A stretch of DNA of 32,000 bases from Pseudodesulfovibrio piezophilus C1TLV30 (GTDB taxonomy: Bacteria > Desulfobacterota > Desulfovibrionia > Desulfovibrionales > Desulfovibrionaceae): contig NC_020409.1 of NCBI RefSeq assembly GCF_000341895.1, forward strand, positions 1,710,001-1,742,000, given 5' to 3'. Position numbers and translations under genes: made by a program. The notes under the pieces were generated by a model. It ran no database searches, was not told where the DNA came from, and was given only the letters and a program-made list of their open reading frames with translations. Positions 27,347 through 32,000 of this stretch are shown here, piece by piece; the stretch's first letter is position 1; each line of letters starts with the position of its first letter.

Positions 27347-27394
27347 AAAAACCGCATTGTTCGTGACGTTACATGTCACAAACAATACGGTTTT
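27347..27394 (-). terminator. Strong intrinsic terminator after the two-component/HD-GYP operon
   Basis: A 20 bp stem (27348..27367 pairing with 27375..27394) with a 7 nt loop. Its two imperfections are G.U pairs in the minus-strand RNA but C.A mismatches in + strand RNA. A UUUUU run follows on the minus strand. The hairpin starts 28 nt after the stop at 27423. Confidence 0.7.
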
Positions 27395-27422
27395 GTAGAT
27401 AAACGCGATGGGATGAAAGGGG

Positions 27423-28529
27423 TCAGGCCATGGAATCCCCTTCGAAGCAATAAAGGCCATGGCATTCCTCATCCAAAAAGGTGTCCTTGATATGCATTAT
27501 TTTATCTAAAATTCTCATAAACGCGTCCGAGACATCTGGGTCGAAATTGGTTCCACGCATCCCTGCCATGATTTCCAATGTTTTATCCACCGAGAATGCC
27601 TCCTTATAGGGTCTGGGAGACAGCAGTGCATCAAAGACATCGGCAATGGAGACAATCCGTGCTGCAAGAGGAATCTTCCGGCCCGCCAGCCCTCGGGGGT
27701 AGCCTTTCCCATCCCACCGTTCATGGTGGTTAAGGGCGATAACCTCTCCGAGCCTCAAAATACCGGAAGGATCACCCTCAAGAATACGGGCACCGATAGT
27801 GGTGTGTCTTTTCATGATTTCCCATTCGTCCGGGTCCAGTTTGCCCGGCTTGAGCAGGATTCTATCAGGAATACCGATCTTGCCGATATCATGCAGTGGC
27901 GCGGCATACAGGATATGCTCGGCAACCGTATCGGAAAGGCCCATCTCGAGCGCGATAGCCGCAGAGTAATGACTCATGCGCTGAATATGCGCCCCTGTAT
28001 CCTCATCCTTGAATTCAGCTGTCCTGGAGAGACGAAAGATCGTCTGGAGTGAAGAGGAACGAAGCTTTTCGAGAGCCTTGGAAAGCTGTGCTGTCTTGCG
28101 TTCGACCTCTCGCTCAAGCTCTTGATGATAATGTATCAACTGTTCTGAATAATCCTTCAACTTGACGAGAGTCCTGACTCGTGCCAGCAGTTCAGTCCTG
28201 TCCACCGGTTTTGTCAGAAAATCATCGGCTCCGGACTCCAGGGCCTGCACTCTGTCGGACACATCATCCAGGCTGGTGACCATGACCACGGGAATGATAC
28301 CGGTTTGAGGGTTTTCCTTGATCTGCTTTGTCGCAACAAACCCGCTGATCCCCGGCATCATGACATCCATGAGAATGACAGCCGGGGAATATTTCACAGA
28401 GAACTCGACCCCTTCGTACCCATCCTTGGCAAGTTTCACGGAATACCCTTCAGGTATAAGCAATGCCTCCAGAAGTCGGCGGTTGCGGTCCTCATCATCG
28501 ACAACCAGGATAAGTGGCCCGTCAGACAT
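27423..28529 (-). CDS. Response regulator with an HD-GYP output domain (RpfG-type c-di-GMP phosphodiesterase)
   Basis: The receiver reads LILVVDDE...MDVMMPGISG...TKP. The HD-GYP motifs are LHDIGKIGIP and HHERWDGKGYPRGL. The start overlaps the upstream stop by 8 nt (ATGTCTGA) and follows a GGAGA SD. Confidence 0.9.
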   Translation of the reverse strand: MSDGPLILVVDDEDRNRRLLEALLIPEGYSVKLAKDGYEGVEFSVKYSPAVILMDVMMPGISGFVATKQIKENPQTGIIPVVMVTSLDDVSDRVQALESGADDFLTKPVDRTELLARVRTLVKLKDYSEQLIHYHQELEREVERKTAQLSKALEKLRSSSLQTIFRLSRTAEFKDEDTGAHIQRMSHYSAAIALEMGLSDTVAEHILYAAPLHDIGKIGIPDRILLKPGKLDPDEWEIMKRHTTIGARILEGDPSGILRLGEVIALNHHERWDGKGYPRGLAGRKIPLAARIVSIADVFDALLSPRPYKEAFSVDKTLEIMAGMRGTNFDPDVSDAFMRILDKIMHIKDTFLDEECHGLYCFEGDSMA

Positions 28530-29982
28530 TTTTCATCTCCTCTCTCCCCTCACCTGTGGGGCGACATGTTCCTGACAAAGGAACTGCCATATGAAAGCCG
28601 AAACTTGCATCAGCCTCATTTTTTTCGCACCAAACCCGTCCATCATGAAGTTCTGCATATTTTTTGGCCAAAACCGGGCCAATTCCCAATCCGGGACCGG
28701 CCCCGTAATGAATTCCCGAAAAAGGTTCGGTAATATCCGAACACGCCAAATGGCTCACATCCGTCTTCGAAAGGGTCACGGTCAGAGACAGCCAATCCCG
28801 ACTATCTTGTTCCGCCAAAAATTCAGCCGGAGGCAGGGAGGACTCCAAATTCACATGAAGATGAGCACCCTCCGAGGCCATACGAATGGAAGTATCGATC
28901 AAATACAATATGGATTGGTGAATCTTGTTTTGATCAAGTGCCATCATCGGTAATCTTTCAAGATCGGAACTCAAGATAATCCCACATTGTAACGCGCGCT
29001 CCTTGACCAGGGAAAGAACCCGACTCACGATCTCATCAGGCAGCACCGGGCGGCAATCTAGTGATAACCGCCCTGCTTCCACTCGGGCCAGCGCAAGAAT
29101 CTCATTGACCATTTCATTGAGAAGCTGTGCGCTCTGTTCGATATCCTTGACATACCCTCGCTGTTTTTCATTCAGCTCCCCGTAGTATCTGTCCGTCAGT
29201 ATTTGTGAAAAACCCAATATCGAATTGAGCGGTGTCCTGAACTCGTGACTGACACTGGCTAGGAACAGGGCTTTGACCTGAATGGCGGACTCCGCTTCTT
29301 CCTGTGCGGCTTTCAGCTCTTTATTAGCGTCGGCCAGCACCTGAACATGGCGGTGTTCACGATAAAAAACACCATTCCAGATGCCGAGCAAAAATAAAAT
29401 CCCCCCCCCCAACAGGGCATTCCTCTGGATATGATGACCCGAATTCTCATCACCGTCATGTACCCGTGAAAGGTGATTTTGTGACATTTCAACAGCGAGC
29501 TTAAACCGCTCCCTGAGACTCTTGTACTCATCGGAAACAAGAAATGACGCAAAAGCAGACCCCACAGAAGAACCATTCAAGAGAGAAACTTCCAACTCCT
29601 CAAGCTGTCTGAAGGATGTGACGACATCATGCAAAATCCCCTGTTCCGCCACGGGAATTTTCTCGATCTGAGCCAAAACATTCACCATGCTCGCTTGCAA
29701 CCGGGCTATGGAAGGGGACTGCTCTCCCTCTTTCATTTCTCCCGAATTCACTATGGCCGTATGGAGTTTTTCTTCGAAATATCGAAGATCGCTCATCACC
29801 AGTAAAGCCCTAATCTCTGCATCAAGATGCTCATCATATCGTCGTTCCATATCAACGATAAAAAAAATTCCCAGAAAGACGATGGAGATGGACAGAATCA
29901 ACCGTCCCCACAAGGTGACGAAAAGAGGGGCCTCAAAACCGAAAAAAAGACCTCGTGAGGAAATTCTTTGCAGAATACCCAT
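28522..29982 (-). CDS. Membrane histidine-kinase-like protein with an intact DHp H-box and a degenerate catalytic ATP-binding domain
   Basis: Two TM segments (RLILSISIVFLGIFFIV and LLGGGILFLLGIWNGVF) flank a region of about 150 aa. The H-box is ASVSHEFRTPLNSILGF. Aligned to the neighbouring kinase, the N-box FNLLSNA becomes LYLIDTS (both Asn lost). G1 DTGIGI becomes LSKTDV. G2 (GPGLGIG) is retained. Confidence 0.8.
   Translation of the reverse strand: MGILQRISSRGLFFGFEAPLFVTLWGRLILSISIVFLGIFFIVDMERRYDEHLDAEIRALLVMSDLRYFEEKLHTAIVNSGEMKEGEQSPSIARLQASMVNVLAQIEKIPVAEQGILHDVVTSFRQLEELEVSLLNGSSVGSAFASFLVSDEYKSLRERFKLAVEMSQNHLSRVHDGDENSGHHIQRNALLGGGILFLLGIWNGVFYREHRHVQVLADANKELKAAQEEAESAIQVKALFLASVSHEFRTPLNSILGFSQILTDRYYGELNEKQRGYVKDIEQSAQLLNEMVNEILALARVEAGRLSLDCRPVLPDEIVSRVLSLVKERALQCGIILSSDLERLPMMALDQNKIHQSILYLIDTSIRMASEGAHLHVNLESSLPPAEFLAEQDSRDWLSLTVTLSKTDVSHLACSDITEPFSGIHYGAGPGLGIGPVLAKKYAELHDGRVWCEKNEADASFGFHMAVPLSGTCRPTGEGREEMKNV
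29401..29410. repeat. Homopolymer: C10 on +, G10 on the coding strand, inside the kinase-like gene
   Basis: Read directly: ...aaaataaaat cccccccccc aacaggg... It encodes the GGG of LLGGGILF in the second TM segment. It is the longest homopolymer I found in the window. Confidence 0.95.
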
Positions 29983-30353
29983 CAGGCTGCCCCGAGATAT
30001 TCATGCAGAAGCGCAACCAATCGACGCGTATCTATCGGTTTTGTCATCAGATCATTACAGCCGGAAGCACGAATCTCGCTTTCCTCAGTCGGAAGAGAAT
30101 ACGCCGTGAGAACAATTATGGGGATGGAATTGTTGGAGGGCAATGCTCGTATTCGCTTGATAGCTTCCAACCCATCCATCACCGGCATCTGAATGTCCAT
30201 GAAAATAAGATCAGGATGCTGTTCTTCGGCCATGATGACCCCGTCCAGCCCGTTCATTGCCTCCAGGGCCTGGTAACCCAACGCTTCCACAAGGTCTCTT
30301 ACCAACTTCAGGCTACGGGGATCATCCTCAACAACAAGAACTTTTTTCGACAT
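29982..30353 (-). CDS. Single-domain CheY-like response regulator
   Basis: The 123 aa product reads KVLVVEDD...LIFMDIQMPVMDG...TAY...TKP. An AGGAG SD overlaps the upstream stop. Its own stop overlaps the next start (TGATG). Confidence 0.9.
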   Translation of the reverse strand: MSKKVLVVEDDPRSLKLVRDLVEALGYQALEAMNGLDGVIMAEEQHPDLIFMDIQMPVMDGLEAIKRIRALPSNNSIPIIVLTAYSLPTEESEIRASGCNDLMTKPIDTRRLVALLHEYLGAA

Positions 30354-30358
30354 GAGTG

Positions 30359-32000
30359 CTACTCCTGATTTTCCGGTCGAGGATTCGTGGATTGCTGACC
30401 GGGAAACACGAAAACAAACCGACTGCCCTGATCTTCACCTGAACTCTCAGCCCATATGGTGCCGCCCTGTAATCGCAAAAGCTGGGCAGAAAGGGGAAGT
30501 CCCAGACCTGTCCCCGGAGTTTTATCGATTTTGCCCGATTTGACCTGATAAAAGGAATCAAAAATCTTGAAAAGTTGCGATTCGTCAATCCCGATACCCG
30601 TATCCGTGATCGAGACGAGAAGCCAATCAGATTGATCTGAAGCCAATTCTCCCCAAAGTGTCTCTGGGACCTTCTCCCGTACCGAACCAAAATCAAGCCG
30701 ACTTGCAGCAAGAGTTATTTGTCCGCCATCCGGTGTAAACTTGGAGGCATTGGAAAGGAGATTGAACAAAACCTGCTTGATCTTCCGTTCATCAGCACTC
30801 ACCATCCCTATATCTTCTGGAAAATCCGTCACCAACTCTATATTGTGTTTTTTTGCCTTTTCCCTGATATAAATGAGACTTGTGCTCAAAAGCATATCCA
30901 GATCAAATTGGGAAAGCTGGATTTCCATTTTGCCTGCTTCAATCTTGGAGAGATCAAGAACATCATTGATCAGTGCCAGAAGGTGCTGCCCGCTTTGCAG
31001 GATATCGACGATATATTCGTCCTGTTTCTCTGTCAGCGGTCCAAAGTATTTATCCTGAAGTACTTCTGCAAAACCGATAACCGCGTTGAGTGGAGTCCGT
31101 AATTCATGACTCATGCTCGCCAGAAAATTCGACTTTGCCTGACTGGCCGCTTCCGCGATTTCCTGGGCAGTCTGAGCCTCATTACGTGCGTCGATGAGGC
31201 TTTGCTCAGACCGTTTGCGCTCTGTAATATCCGAAATAAAACAACACATGAAATGAGTCTCTTCAGCGATCAGAAAATAGGTTACCAATTCGACGGCAAG
31301 CCGGGTTCCATCACTGCGCCGCAGCATCGTTTCAAAACTCACTCCTTCGAGTTTGCGTGCCCGTTCGAAAACTTCTGTCAAATGTTCCGAATCAAGATCA
31401 GGAAGAATTTCGTTGATGGAAAGGGTCAACAATGCATCCTTCTCCCTCCCTATCTGCCTGACCGCACCATCATTGACATCGAAAATGGAACCATCCGGCC
31501 GTACCCAATAAATCCCCTCTCGAGATCGATCCACAGAAAGGCGGGTTCGCCGTAAGGCTTCATCCATTTGCTTTCTTTTAGAAATATCCTCTATCACTGA
31601 AATGAAATGGATTGGTTCACCATCTATGTCTCTCATGAGCGAGACTGTGAGATTGACCCAAACCAGACCTCCGTCCTTGGTCCAGTACCGTTTTTCCATT
31701 CGGTAGTTCTGAATCTCGCCGGAAATCACTTTGCCGACCAACTCCAGATCCGTTGCCAGGTCATCGGGATGAGTGATGTCCTGAAAGGTCTTGTGGATCA
31801 ATTCACTCCTCGGGTATCCGACAATCTCACAAAGCTTGTCATTAATTCGAATCCAGGAACCATCCAATCCCACGTGGGCAAGCCCGACTGCCGCCTGATC
31901 AAAAGTGGCCCGAAAGCGCGCCTGGCTGATCTGAGCAGCCTTTTCAGCCTTCCGTATTTCGGTCAAATCCCTCAGTGTCGCAGTGAAAAAGCGCTCTCTG
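30359..32000 (-). CDS. Cytoplasmic multi-PAS sensor histidine kinase. Partial: the N-terminus lies beyond the right edge.
   Basis: The frame stays open to the window edge. Upstream of the track start (a TTG) it reads ...RERFFTATLRDLTEIRKAEKA, the end of another PAS domain. Two further PAS ends read EDISKRKQ and SDITERKRSE. The H-box is ASMSHELRTPLNAVIGF, with a complete N-box (NLLSNASKF), G1 (DTGIGI) and G2 (GTGLGL). Confidence 0.85.
   Translation of the reverse strand, partial: RERFFTATLRDLTEIRKAEKAAQISQARFRATFDQAAVGLAHVGLDGSWIRINDKLCEIVGYPRSELIHKTFQDITHPDDLATDLELVGKVISGEIQNYRMEKRYWTKDGGLVWVNLTVSLMRDIDGEPIHFISVIEDISKRKQMDEALRRTRLSVDRSREGIYWVRPDGSIFDVNDGAVRQIGREKDALLTLSINEILPDLDSEHLTEVFERARKLEGVSFETMLRRSDGTRLAVELVTYFLIAEETHFMCCFISDITERKRSEQSLIDARNEAQTAQEIAEAASQAKSNFLASMSHELRTPLNAVIGFAEVLQDKYFGPLTEKQDEYIVDILQSGQHLLALINDVLDLSKIEAGKMEIQLSQFDLDMLLSTSLIYIREKAKKHNIELVTDFPEDIGMVSADERKIKQVLFNLLSNASKFTPDGGQITLAASRLDFGSVREKVPETLWGELASDQSDWLLVSITDTGIGIDESQLFKIFDSFYQVKSGKIDKTPGTGLGLPLSAQLLRLQGGTIWAESSGEDQGSRFVFVFPGQQSTNPRPENQE

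Overview
The window looks like a sulfate-reducer-like (Desulfovibrionaceae-style) chromosome; the taxon is inference only. Almost every real gene is on the minus strand, and most long + strand ORFs in the track are antisense shadows.

Left third (1..11.6 kb), ordinary core genes:
- a partial PhoR-like sensor kinase
- a frameshifted cytochrome-P460-like gene
- the operon hldD-lptD-mutL-alr plus a small hypothetical
- on the + strand, a VWA-OmpA envelope protein, a small secreted protein, YwbE and YaiI

Right two thirds (11.7..32 kb), one large minus-strand accessory block. In transcription order:
1. PAS-PAS histidine kinase, N-terminus off the window
2. single-domain CheY receiver
3. membrane kinase-like protein with an intact H-box but a degenerate ATP-binding domain, carrying a G10 homopolymer
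4. receiver-HD-GYP c-di-GMP phosphodiesterase
5. strong terminator and an AT-rich leader
6. two tandem type I secretion ABC proteins, the first with a dead nucleotide-binding domain
7. HlyD-family adaptor
8. an 8.2 kb gene for a 2728 aa, Cys-free, acidic protein with about 22 repeats and no RTX repeats
9. a CHASE-PAS-PAS-GGDEF diguanylate cyclase

I read this block as a c-di-GMP-wired giant-adhesin/T1SS system. It lacks LapD/LapG-type control and seems to use an asymmetric heterodimeric ABC exporter plus a possible His-Asp-His-Asp phosphorelay. All family calls come from motifs read by eye; no database or HMM search was possible.
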